A DNA stretch of 64,000 nucleotides from contig NEEC01000008.1 of assembly GCA_002189035.1 (NCBI GenBank), forward strand, positions 3,382,357-3,446,356, read 5' to 3'. This document shows, one piece after another, positions 25,369 to 36,284 of the stretch. The stretch is from Utricularia gibba. Taxonomy: Eukaryota; Plantae; Magnoliophyta. The notes under the pieces are model-generated. The model had not been told where the DNA came from. It saw only the letters and a program-made list of their open reading frames with translations, and ran no database searches. Both the position numbers and the translations under genes were made by a program. Each line of letters opens with the position of its first letter. The first letter of the stretch is position 1.

Positions 25369-25999
25369 ATGGTACGGTACAATAACCCCCCTCTTTTACC
25401 TCTTCTAACCGGTAAAAAGCTCCGAAGAAATGAGAAATGTGATTTTCACCTATTTTTGTTTCAACAGCAGAAATGGGGTCGTGGTGTTTAGACCCATCAG
25501 CACGACCTGCTTCCTGAGAAGCTGGCCGGCGGGCTTTGTAGCTAAGCGTTGATTATCCACCTTAAAAATCAATCAGTCTTCCTAAATTTGCTTTCAATAT
25601 TTTGCTCAACTTCATTAAAATAAAAATAATCACGTGTTACAAAAATGCCTCCTCTTAATGAAGAAAGTTCCTTAGAAACCGGGTCAGATTTTGATTAACT
25701 AATTTCACATTAATCAAGACACGTCATTGGCTATTTAATATGATGGTGACCATACTCTTTGTTCGTTTTAAATAAATATTTTATTTATTATTAAATTATT
25801 ATCAAATATATTTTTAATGTTAATCATATAATTTATTTAAATATAAATAATTCAATATATGGTTAATGAATTAATTTACCAAACGCTATTTTATTATATT
25901 AAATTAAGACCAACTCTCCAACACAAAGTTAAATTATTCTAAATGAATGTAATTTGAATTTCATGTATGTACATGTAAAGTTCACTTAATTACACAAAG

Positions 26000-26545
26000 C
26001 TAAGCTCCAGCTGTCATCATAAGCCTGAACTCTTCCAAGCTGACGAACCCATCGCCATCTCTATCAACTGCTCGAATCATCTTCTTGCATTCCTTGAGGC
26101 TGCTCTTCCTCCCGCAGCACCCAAGTCTCCTCAGCACCCTCTGCACCTCCTCCGCCGAGATTAGCCCGTCTCCGTTCACATCGAATACCCGAAAAGCGGC
26201 AACGTAATCCCCATCTTCCTGCTCATCCATCGCACTCATGAATTCCTGCAAGTCCACGAATCCATCGCCGTCGAAATCCAGCACCCGCACCATCACCTCG
26301 GCTTCGTTCGCCGCATTAGTACTTTCATATCCCATATTCAGTAGAAGCTGCTTCACCTCGACGGGGGATAGCTTCCCATCTCCGTTGGAGTCGATTGCCT
26401 CGAAGACGTGTCGCATTTGAGACGAGATCGCCATCGTCGCGAAGGAAGCATCCAGTTTGGGGCTTCTTCTCGGGCTCCTGGGAAACTCTATCTTGCGGAG
26501 CAGTTGCTTCAGGTGTGAAGAGCAGAGATTTAGGACATCTAGCAT
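26000..26545 (-). CDS. CML: Calmodulin-like protein, 4 EF hands, intronless
   Basis: EF loops DSNGDGKLSPVE, DFDGDGFVDLQE, DVNGDGLISAEE and DRDGDGFVSLEE. ATG 26545 chosen as the first ATG in the ORF. Confidence 0.92.
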   Translation of the reverse strand: MLDVLNLCSSHLKQLLRKIEFPRSPRRSPKLDASFATMAISSQMRHVFEAIDSNGDGKLSPVEVKQLLLNMGYESTNAANEAEVMVRVLDFDGDGFVDLQEFMSAMDEQEDGDYVAAFRVFDVNGDGLISAEEVQRVLRRLGCCGRKSSLKECKKMIRAVDRDGDGFVSLEEFRLMMTAGA

Positions 26546-26966
26546 TGTGGGAAAGGAGAGAACACAAGTGAGAAATGAAGTAACAGAATGAAACGCGAAC
26601 AGACGACACGTGGGAGGGTAATAAGATAAGAGAAATTCCTCATGAGTTAAGATAAGCAACAAGAGGAAAAATTGGATTGGATTATCGTATTCTAGCAGCT
26701 TGTCCTGTCAGGCCCTACACGGAAAGACAGGGACTTTTCATCAAATAGTTAGTCATTGGACAGCCCCTTGGTTCTGTCTTCCCGTGTGCACAAACATAGC
26801 CAACGGTATTCCAAAGATCGAGTCTTTTTCTTCTTAGTGTTGTTCTTCTGTAGGAGGACTTGGAGGGTTTCACGTTAAAACAATATACAAGCTCATTGAT
26901 TGAAAACAAAAGCAAACAAGTTTTTTTTCTGGTTCTTGCCCTGCCTCATGGAAAATCCGGGAGTCT

Positions 26967-29524
26967 TCAATGAGGATGATGATAACTATACATGGCGTAA
27001 AAGGTCTGCAGAAATGTGAGAACCAGAAGCATGACAGCAGTGACGATGGACATGGTGGTCCATGGATTTCTCAAGTGTTCTTCCACCAGCGCCTTGCCCC
27101 AAGCATTGATTTTGTTCTTGCAGAAATTATCAACGTCCCTTGCAACATCCAGAAGCAAGGGATTGAAGCGGCCGTAAACCACAGACTCGCATGCACGATT
27201 GAAGAAGTGGGCTATATCAGAATCGGCTTCCAAGCTATTCATAATGATCCCGCGTTCCCGGAGGCATCTCACGTCCTCCGCCGTGTCTATTAAACGGTCC
27301 ATGAAGATCATATAAGAGGTGACGTCGTTGTTGTTGAGTTGGTGTGAATGCAGTTGCTCGTAGGCGATGAGGTTGATTACAAGAGATTTCATTCTCATGT
27401 CCAGCAAAACATGCGGAATCTTGAGGCACCCCCTTTTGAGTTTTATGCCAGAGGATATGCTGGAGCTTCCCCTTCTGAACCTGATTCCATGTTCTTTAAG
27501 ATAACTCACAGGGCGCATCATGAGCAACGGGCTGAGGTCCGAACCTGAGTCTGCACTCACGGCAGGCTCCCTTGAGCTGATTCTTTTGGTTTCGGGATCA
27601 AAACTAATGACTCTGAGCATCCAGTGTACAAGTCCCAGTAAATGGGGAACTTCTTCTGGTACACTCGGTGAATTGGTAAAGACGTTCCGGAGGTTTTCAT
27701 TCAGGAATGGCTCGCCCCCGCGAATCAAGGGATAGAAGAATTCTAGTGCAAGACCCCGAACTTGTTTTCCATCAGACGAAGTGTTGATTCCATGAAGTGC
27801 TTCAAGGATGAAGATGGGGATTTGGTTCTCCAGCAGGATGAAATCTTGTCTGATCATGTCTATAAACCCGGAAATGGAGAAAACAGGATCCATAACCGAG
27901 TAACCGCACTTCTTGAATCCTATTTTGGCACCCATAAGAAACTCAAGAATGAAGCAGCCATCGAGGATCATCGTCTCCGTGAAATCATCGCTGTCAACAA
28001 GGCCGTCATAGCAAGCACGAGCTTTCTTCTCGTGCTCTTTCACCACATTGATATAATCCCCGATTCGCATGGAATTTCTCTTAAGCAAATTATGAACAGC
28101 TTTCCATTTATGAATTTCCATGGGTCTCAGCTGCGAGGACTGGCGGTGATATGGACCTATCGACACCACCTGCGGATAGGGAGCTTTGATCTTGAACTTT
28201 GTGAGGAATGCCGGGATTCTGTATATGCAGATTTGATTAGAAGTGGCTTCTCTGATCTCTATAGCTTGATGCATCTTCCTGTGCATGTCGAAAGCAAGAA
28301 GCCCTGAAGGTAGGTTGGATGGATCGTTGCAATAGACTTTGAAATCAATAGCAACTTCCAAGAGCGCGGGATTGAGGCGACCATAAACCACAGCTTGATT
28401 CACGCCTTTGAAGAACTCCACCACCTTGGAGTCGCTTCCAAGGTCATTCCTCAGGATCCCGGAATCCCTGAGGTGCTCCACATCGGCGGCGGAATCAATC
28501 AGGAAGTTCATGAAGATCATGAAGGACGTGACATAATTCTTCCTCTCTGGAGACGAACAGCGTTGCTCAAAGGCACATAAGTTGAGCATAAGAGACTTCA
28601 TGTTCATGTCAAGTGAGACGTACGAGATCCCAAAGGTTCCACCTTGGAATTTCACATCCCATAGCAACTCCTGAGGCTCAAACTCCCTCTTGAACTTGAT
28701 TACATCTTTAACAGCACTAATGGGGCGCATCTCGAGCAGGGGGCCGAAGTCGTTCTCCCAGTACATATTCGAGAATTTGTTGCTGTAAGCGTTGTCAATG
28801 AGCTTGCTGTGTAGAAGATCAAGTAAATGAAAGGTCTTTCCTTGAATCTGGGAAGAGTTCATAAACCGTTCCCAACAATTCTTCGCCGATGGGTCACCAC
28901 GAATCAAACGCAAGAAGAGCCTTCCAGCAAGATAAGTAACATCAAAGTCACACTCCTCCTTCCCCATTCCGTGAAGTTTGTCGAGGATAAACATGGGAAT
29001 CTGATTCTCCAACAGAATAAGATCTCGTTGAATGTTCAACATTGTCCCAGAATGTGAGAAAACGGGATCCATTTCCGAGTATCCAAGATTCTGGAATCCT
29101 CTTACGGCTCCATTAAGGACCTCTAGGATGAAGCACCCATCAACGACCATCATCTCAAGAAATTCCTCACTGGTGAGTCTAATGTTTCCCTCATAACAGT
29201 GACGCGCCTCCATCTCAAGTTCTCTTACCGCTTGAAGATAAGCCTGGATTCCCTGACCTTTTCTAGAGAGTGCCCTGTCAAGAGCACGGCGTTTGTGAGT
29301 TTCCATGGGTTGCAGGTACTTGGCGCCACGGTGGTACGGACCCAGAGATACAATCTGGGATGACATGCTTTTTTATCGATCCCAAGGAGGGATTTGGGGA
29401 TTTGGCATATCCAAGGCGCTCGAGAAGTCCCCTGCCTGGCTTTCTTCATCTTCTCGTTCATCGCATCTCCAAGACGTTGGAGATCGACGGTCAGTCTCGA
29501 GTTTCCCGTCTCTTTGTCGTCCAT
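26967..29524 (-). CDS. Tandem double-DUF247 (UPF0481) protein with single C-terminal TM helix; intronless, apparent 1-bp frameshift near 5' end
   Basis: Two full sets of DUF247 motifs. Copy 1: P-QIVSLGPYH, MVVDGCFILE, RDLILLENQIP, NLCAFEQ, VTSFMIFM. Copy 2: PQVVSIGPYH, MILDGCFILE, DFILLENQIP, NLIAYEQ, VTSYMIFM. Ends with NPWTTMSIVTAVMLLVLTFLQTFY. Confidence 0.88.
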
Positions 29525-29975
29525 TTTTGCTAAAATCAAGTCACTGAAGTTGTAGTTGAACAGAGGCAAGAACTACTCAACCAGGTTCAATTTTTCATAT
29601 GAAAATTCCAAAACACAGCTGGAAGACTGGTCACGCCGCCATGGAAGACCAGTGCTGGCCGCGATGGAACACAGGCAACTGACGCTGGCAGAAGTAAATC
29701 ATGGATGACGGCAAACAAACAGGATTCATAACCACTGGGGGAGAACCACCATTCCATCGCGGCAACCTGCTTGAGATCAGGCACCCCTCAAAAAGCCCCT
29801 TTTCTTTACATTTTAGGTCCTTGGCCTGCAAATTCTTACAATCAAACGTGTATGTATTGCTGTTTGGTTGGAGTTTTTGATACTTGGGAATCTGGGTTTG
29901 AGTTTTCTGACCATTCTAATCATTTATCTTGTGCTTTATTAAACAGAAGCGAACAACCACGCCCCGGATTTGTCA

Positions 29976-32900
29976 ATGGATGCTGTATATTCATTGCTGG
30001 ATAGCTTGGATTCTCTAATAGCATATGCCCTCCCTGGGAGACTGAGAGGACAGTTTCTCCAGATACGTAGAGAGTTATTTCTTATCCTCGCAAACCTTGA
30101 GTTCGCTGAAGAGTCCCATGACAGAGATCGCGCTGCGGCATTGAAAGATTATTTGGACTCACATAGGGACGATGTCAACGACATCAATCTTTTTCTAGAA
30201 AAGATGGTTGATCGAGCGAAGCATCCCATTAGGCAGGTGATGCCGAAACTTTTCCCTATTGCTGAGCCCTGTATTTTTAATCGTAGAACGATGCGGGAAA
30301 TGAAAGAAATCGAAAGTAGGATGGACAAATTCCTCAACCAGATACCTCCGAGAAGTGAGTTGCGCCTTGAGAACCGTGGGAGGTCAAGTAGTCAAGTCTC
30401 AACTCTTGAAAGCGTAGATTCTTTTGTTAATGGCGATATTGTGGGAAGAGGCGAACATGAAGTTGCATTGATGTTCCTTCTTGAACGTGGGACGACGGTG
30501 GTTTCGATACTTGGCGTGGCCGGCATTGGGAAAACTGTTCTTGCTCAACTTGTTTATTACAACCAGTCTGTCCAAAGCATGTTTCCTGTGAGGGCTTGGG
30601 TGCATGTTTCTCGAAACTTCAGTACGTCTGCGTCCTTGGAGAATATTCGCATGCTGGTGTCGAGGAATGGTGTAGATGACATTCTTTCTACGTGGGGACT
30701 TCTGCAGATAGCGTTAGGCATGCAAGGGTTCCCCAAGGTCCTCATTGTTCTGGACGATGTTTGGGAAGCTTCGACTTTGAAATCGCTGATCAGGGAGTTT
30801 AAAAAAGGTGCAATTGTATGTGGATTTGTCGTCACTACTCGTTTCGAGAGTGTTGCATTGGCGTGCGAGTCCGAGGTGGAGCGCGAGGTCCATTTCAATG
30901 TCTTTCGCCCACCGCGTTGGAGTCGTGAAGATTGCGTTACCCTACTGTTTAAGATAGCCGGCCCGCCTGCTGAAGCTGTGTATGGCCTCAGGGAAGTTGC
31001 TCTTCAGCTGGCGGACAAATGTGAAGGCTTACCCTCGGCGGTTTCATCCATTGCTCACGGCTTACGCAGTAGAGCCACAAGAGAAGAGTGGGAGAAGGTA
31101 CTGTCGGATCTAAACGATGCAGAACAAGTGCTTCCCTCACACTTGAAGCGCATGTTTGCTTATTGTGCTATACTTCCGAGAAAATACGCTTTCACTAAGG
31201 ATGAGCTTCTGCGTTTGTGGATTTCAGAAGGTTTTCTTGATCATCGCAAATCACGGTGGCAAGGTGTGAAGGAATTGGGTTTCGAATACTTCGACAAGTT
31301 GGTGTCGATGTCTTATTTTCGACGTCGAAGTAACAGTGAATCACTCTTTGAGATTTGTGAGGATTACTTGGAGCCACTTGAATCTCTGGGGGCATACCAT
31401 GTATACAACGAAATTACTCTCAACCAATTGCCTGAGGAAGTACGCTACCTTTCTCTTCGTTTTAGTGATTATGATGAGGGATTCCGGAGTCACTGGACTG
31501 TCGGCGTGCCAAAAAAGTTGAGAACTCTCTTATTAATGCATCCTTCTGATGGGTCGCCGGCGAAGTTATCAAATAGGGCTTTAGCTGAGTTGTTGACTAA
31601 GCTGAGTGGCTTAAGGGTGCTATCTTTGATGGGTTGTCCCATCACAGAGCTTCCAACCTCGATTGGTGAGTTAAAAATTTTACGTTATCTGGATCTCTCT
31701 GCAACTGATATTAGTACACTGCCGGATTCTATAGTTCTTCTTGTCTGCCTGGAAACTCTCTCTATAAGGCACTGTAAGAAGATGATCAGGTTGCCAACAG
31801 CATTGGGTGACTTACCAAACCTACGTCATCTTGAGAACTCAGGCACTTCATGCGAACTGCCATCTTCCATCCCCAAGCTGAAGCGGCTTGAAACGTTATC
31901 AGAAGTTCACATAGTGAAAAGAGGAGGGGGCTTTGGGTTAAGAGAGTTGCGTATTTTGGAGCATTTGGGTGATTCATTAACCATAAATGGTTTGCACAAT
32001 GGAATTGTCAGAGATGCTTACTTTTGTCTTGAAAATAAAAGTGACCTTCACAGCCTGACCCTTCTATGGGGAGGTGATGGTAATGGTGCCGGGATACAGG
32101 AAGATGTTGCAGATGTATTGCAACCTCATCGGAACTTGAAGAAATTGGAGGTAATGGGCTACTCAGGCTCGAGATTTCCAAGTTGGATTGGGGACGGTAT
32201 GCGGAACCCCATTCTAACAAGTCTAACCATAAGTGAGTGCTGGAATTGCACATCTTTACCATGTCTTGGAGAACTTCCGTGCCTTAAACACCTAAAGATA
32301 AGCTACCTGCCAGAAGTTCAAAGCATTGGAGATGAGTTCTTTGGAAGTTCTGGCAATCAATTTTCAATGCTGAAGACTCTGACATTTGATTCTATGGAGA
32401 AATGGAAGAAGTGGACTGTTTCTAGAGAAAAAGGAGGTGTTGCCCTCTTCTCTCGTCTTGAAATGCTGAAAATTTATCATTGTGAAAAATTAGAAGAAGT
32501 GTTCCCGATTTCCTTGCCCTCTCTACGTGATTTGAACCTTCGTGAGTGTGGAGTGTTAATGGGAAGTATCAAAGCCCCTCTTGAATCCTTGGAAAGCTTT
32601 CGGATGGTCGAGATTTCAGCTGTGCGTAATTTGGATGTTCTGCGGGCCTCCTCAAAACTCCGAAGCATAGATGTTTATGGTTGCAGGGATCTAAAACTGT
32701 TATGGACTGAAGGGATCACCCGCAGTGATCTTAGCAATCTAAGGAGCATCAAGATCGACTTTTGCGCTTCACTAAGGTTCTTGGTACCGAAAGATCAACT
32801 TCTACCATGCAACATCGAAGACCTCGAACTGGTAAACTGTCCGAATCTTGTTTCCCTTCCCCATGATTTGGTTAATCTCGAAAATTGCAAGAGATTGGAG

Positions 32901-33005
32901 ATTCGAATGTGTGGTAAACTGGTCTCCTTTCCTGAGAACGGCATTCCTTCAAAGCTCGAGTTTCTTGTGATACAAAATTATTGCGCCTTGGAGTCGTTTC
33001 CTTGA
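29976..33005 (+). CDS. CC-NB-ARC-LRR resistance protein (RGA/At3g14460/I2-like), intronless, degenerate MHD
   Basis: P-loop GVAGIGKT, kinase-2 LIVLDDVW, RNBS-B VVTTR, GLPL-like GLPSA, RNBS-D FAYCAILP...LWISEGF. LRRs LRVLSL, LRYLDLS, LQPHRNLKKLEVMGYSGSRFPSWIG. Confidence 0.93.
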   Translation: MDAVYSLLDSLDSLIAYALPGRLRGQFLQIRRELFLILANLEFAEESHDRDRAAALKDYLDSHRDDVNDINLFLEKMVDRAKHPIRQVMPKLFPIAEPCIFNRRTMREMKEIESRMDKFLNQIPPRSELRLENRGRSSSQVSTLESVDSFVNGDIVGRGEHEVALMFLLERGTTVVSILGVAGIGKTVLAQLVYYNQSVQSMFPVRAWVHVSRNFSTSASLENIRMLVSRNGVDDILSTWGLLQIALGMQGFPKVLIVLDDVWEASTLKSLIREFKKGAIVCGFVVTTRFESVALACESEVEREVHFNVFRPPRWSREDCVTLLFKIAGPPAEAVYGLREVALQLADKCEGLPSAVSSIAHGLRSRATREEWEKVLSDLNDAEQVLPSHLKRMFAYCAILPRKYAFTKDELLRLWISEGFLDHRKSRWQGVKELGFEYFDKLVSMSYFRRRSNSESLFEICEDYLEPLESLGAYHVYNEITLNQLPEEVRYLSLRFSDYDEGFRSHWTVGVPKKLRTLLLMHPSDGSPAKLSNRALAELLTKLSGLRVLSLMGCPITELPTSIGELKILRYLDLSATDISTLPDSIVLLVCLETLSIRHCKKMIRLPTALGDLPNLRHLENSGTSCELPSSIPKLKRLETLSEVHIVKRGGGFGLRELRILEHLGDSLTINGLHNGIVRDAYFCLENKSDLHSLTLLWGGDGNGAGIQEDVADVLQPHRNLKKLEVMGYSGSRFPSWIGDGMRNPILTSLTISECWNCTSLPCLGELPCLKHLKISYLPEVQSIGDEFFGSSGNQFSMLKTLTFDSMEKWKKWTVSREKGGVALFSRLEMLKIYHCEKLEEVFPISLPSLRDLNLRECGVLMGSIKAPLESLESFRMVEISAVRNLDVLRASSKLRSIDVYGCRDLKLLWTEGITRSDLSNLRSIKIDFCASLRFLVPKDQLLPCNIEDLELVNCPNLVSLPHDLVNLENCKRLEIRMCGKLVSFPENGIPSKLEFLVIQNYCALESFP

Positions 33006-34458
33006 AATGTCTCTCATATACGGAGGTTAACCAAAGATGATTACTTGAAGAACAAAAGTGGAATTTCCGAGGTGAAGACAAATGAAGTTTCTTTTTTGTT
33101 CTTGAATACATTCGAGCCTTATGTCTTTGTGTTCTTGCTTCTTATTGTTTTCGTCGATCCAAACACTGTAATCTTATGAATGTACAAATCAATCGATATG
33201 CTGGTTGTTTTGCTGAACTCTAATTGCTTCATCTGCATGTTTAAGAAGCTCTCTTCTACTGGTTCAAGTGGTATCAGTTGTACTGCAGTGTACACAGCAG
33301 CAGTAGCTTATGCCCAGTGGCATATTTTGTAATTGGTTTGAAGTGTTGGGGCGTTTACAGGCACACGTAACTTTCACATCTGGATTAAAGGCAGACAAGG
33401 TTGAGGGAAGGTCATCGACAGGGGGAAAGGACTTTGACAAAATGTTTTTTCCTCTGAAGCTGGGCCGGCGGTCCCCTACAAGACCCACTTTTTTTTTTCT
33501 TCCTCTTTCAAATTGCGTTTCTTTACAACAAGAAAGTGTCTCTGCACACCCCACAAATTCATTGAACTTAAACTCCGTTAATGTAGTTTATTCCCTGCTC
33601 ATCACAGGTTCACATGTGAAAAATCTTCTTCATATCCCTCTTTTGTGTGTGGGTTTTAGACCTTTATGCAGCTTGTATTGAAAATTTGAGTTTTCACCCA
33701 CAAGCAAAAGCGAAATGGGGGAAATTGCTGTCGTTTTCTGTGACCAAGTAATTTTTCTTGTAGCTGCTGCAAACTGAGTTTGCTGCAGAGGTATACAGAT
33801 ATATTTATTGTGTATGTATGCTTTTTTCTTGCTGTTTTTCATCCCTTAAGCAACTTCAAAAAGAACAACATGATCTGTCGTTCGGGATTTTGCATGGAAA
33901 GATGGAGCGTTTAGTTTGAACAGAACCTTCTCTTTTTCAGGTGAACCTTGCTTCTTTTTTTCCTTGTTTTCTTTTTTTTTTTCACATAGTTATACGAAGT
34001 GTAGAGAAGATCAGGGTTTGAATTATGCAGCAAGGCGAGAACAATGCTGTCGATGAGATAAAATTTATTTTAGCTTATAAATGTGCTACCCCTTTGTTGT
34101 TTCCCTCTTTTTTTTTGGTGGAGTTTAGATTTTACGAGAATCTGCCTGCTCAAGATTCTGTTTGAATCAGTATCATGCCTTGTCTTGCTTAGTTGCCTTG
34201 TAGTGATATGCTTGGATGAAGTTTACTTACCCCTAGCAGTGCTTAGTTCGTTCTACTATTATATAAGTGATCTTGGAGCTGAATTCCTGATTTATAACCT
34301 GTGCTTTGCTTGATTATGGCTGGCACATGTACAAGTGATTTAACCTCAACTGTCACACATTATCGTGGCCTTTTTTCTTGTGAATATGGCTCTTATCACT
34401 TCTGCAGCTCAGTAAGAGGTTTTTTCGTTTGCAGGATAGCAAGCTTTGATTTTCCCAG

Positions 34459-35863
34459 ATGATGGATGCTGGGAATCATATTTCCTCCAGGGTCACAGTA
34501 GTTACTCCTGGGCAGCATCAAGCTACCATCCAAGAGCTGATTCGGAAATTGGAAAACCGGACATGAATTCGCCATTTTCTGAGAAGAAAAAGAGGGGCAG
34601 ACCGAGGAAGTATAAACCTGATGGACAATCAAACCGAATGCTGTCCCCGGTGCAACTGTCATCATCAGCTCCACCGGTCGCAGGCAAGCCATACATGGAT
34701 GTAGAGAAGATGCCAACCACTGGTCGAACAGTGAACTCAGAGAGAAAGCAGAAGAGTAAGATCGGATCAGAAAATCTAGGTAATACAAATGATCTGAACG
34801 GTGTAATATGTTACCTTTACTATCTGCTCCTTGATGACTCTTTCCGTTTTCCCCTCTTTATCTATGGTCTGTTAAAAAATGTCTGTCAATAGAGCTTGCC
34901 TCTTCATGCATTCTGAATGCAAGGAAACTGTCTTCCTCCCATGGAACTAGTGAAGGGCCTTCATTGTACTATGAATCATATTCATTCTGATGACTTAGTT
35001 TTCCACCTGCATATGATTTGTTAGTTCATACTGTTCTGTAGACCACTGGCTTGATTGTTCGACGGGTTCGAGTTTCCTGCCGCATGTGATCACTATCAAT
35101 GCTGGTGAGGTACTGTTTGTTAGTAGGAGTGAGCTTGATCCTTTCCCCATCAAACATGTCGAGTTCTTCACTGGTTTCTAATGTTCTCCAGGATATCTCA
35201 GCTAAGATCATGGAATTTGCACAACAAGGGCCTCGGTCTGTTTGTGTTGTATCCGGAAGTGGATCAGTGCTGAGTGTAACTCTTCGCCTTCCAAGTTCTT
35301 CTGGAGGAACTGTTACTTACGAGGTATATCACCCAACACTTCCAAACTGTTGATGTTTTCTGTTTTGATGTTGCTTGGATCTCTAGCTGACCTGAATGCT
35401 GCTGCTCCATGCTTCATCTCTAGGGCCTGTTTGAAATCCTCTCTCTTACTGGATCATTTTCTCCATCGGATTCCCAGAGCTCCAAATCCGGCGGTTCTGG
35501 CACGATGACCATGACTCTCTCAGGCCCTGATGGGCGTGTGGTTGGAGGCTTGATAGCTGGCCGAACAACTGCAGCCACCACAGTAAAAGTAAGCCCTTTT
35601 GCTCTGCTGGTTCTTGCATTTTCCCATGTCTAAAGCACACCACTGAGTTCCCAACTCGCCAGGTTGTTGTCACGAGTTTTCTGTTGAGCAGTCCAAGTGA
35701 GCTCAAGTCAAAGAAGCAATGCGCACTCACCACATCAGGAACGGGTGGTCTCCCCGATTCAAGGAATGTTCATGGGTTTAGCTATACTGATTCTGAGAGT
35801 CCCAGTGACTGGTCATCAGCAGAGAAGATGAGGCAGGACATCAACATATCCTTACAGGGGTAG
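34459..35863 (+). CDS. AHL: AT-hook motif nuclear localized protein with PPC/DUF296 domain (clade B, AHL1-like); apparent 1-bp frameshift in exon 1
   Basis: KKKRGRPRKY AT-hook; exons ...FLPHVITINAGE, DISAKIMEFAQQGPRSVCV...GTVTYE, GLFEILSLTGSF...PDGRVVGG; last exon ends DINISLQG*. Confidence 0.87.
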
Positions 35864-36284
35864 CTAATCTGTTAGTGATAAGATGTAAGTTCATGGTACC
35901 TGAGTTACTGTTGGAACGACATAATTGTACTTCTAATTGGAAATGCGGCCGTGTGATATGTTTTCTTTGGTAACTTTGCATTTGGAGGATGGACATCATC
36001 AGCAGAAATCAAACTCAATTTTTTTTCAAGATAAAAAAACCATCAATAGAAGTGAAAAGAAATACAACAGCAGCGAGGTTCAAAATTGCGATTGGAGGCA
36101 AACCAAAGGGAATTGGCCAGCCAGCAGATATGGAGCCGACAAGCTTTGTATCATGTCATTCAAGGGTTGCCAGAATTAAGGTGAATAAAGATTACCTAGC
36201 GAAATAGAGGTTTCTACTGAGGATTGGAGTGTTAAGATGAGGTCATCGCAGCATGTGTCGCAACGTGATCCAGGGTAGCTACAT

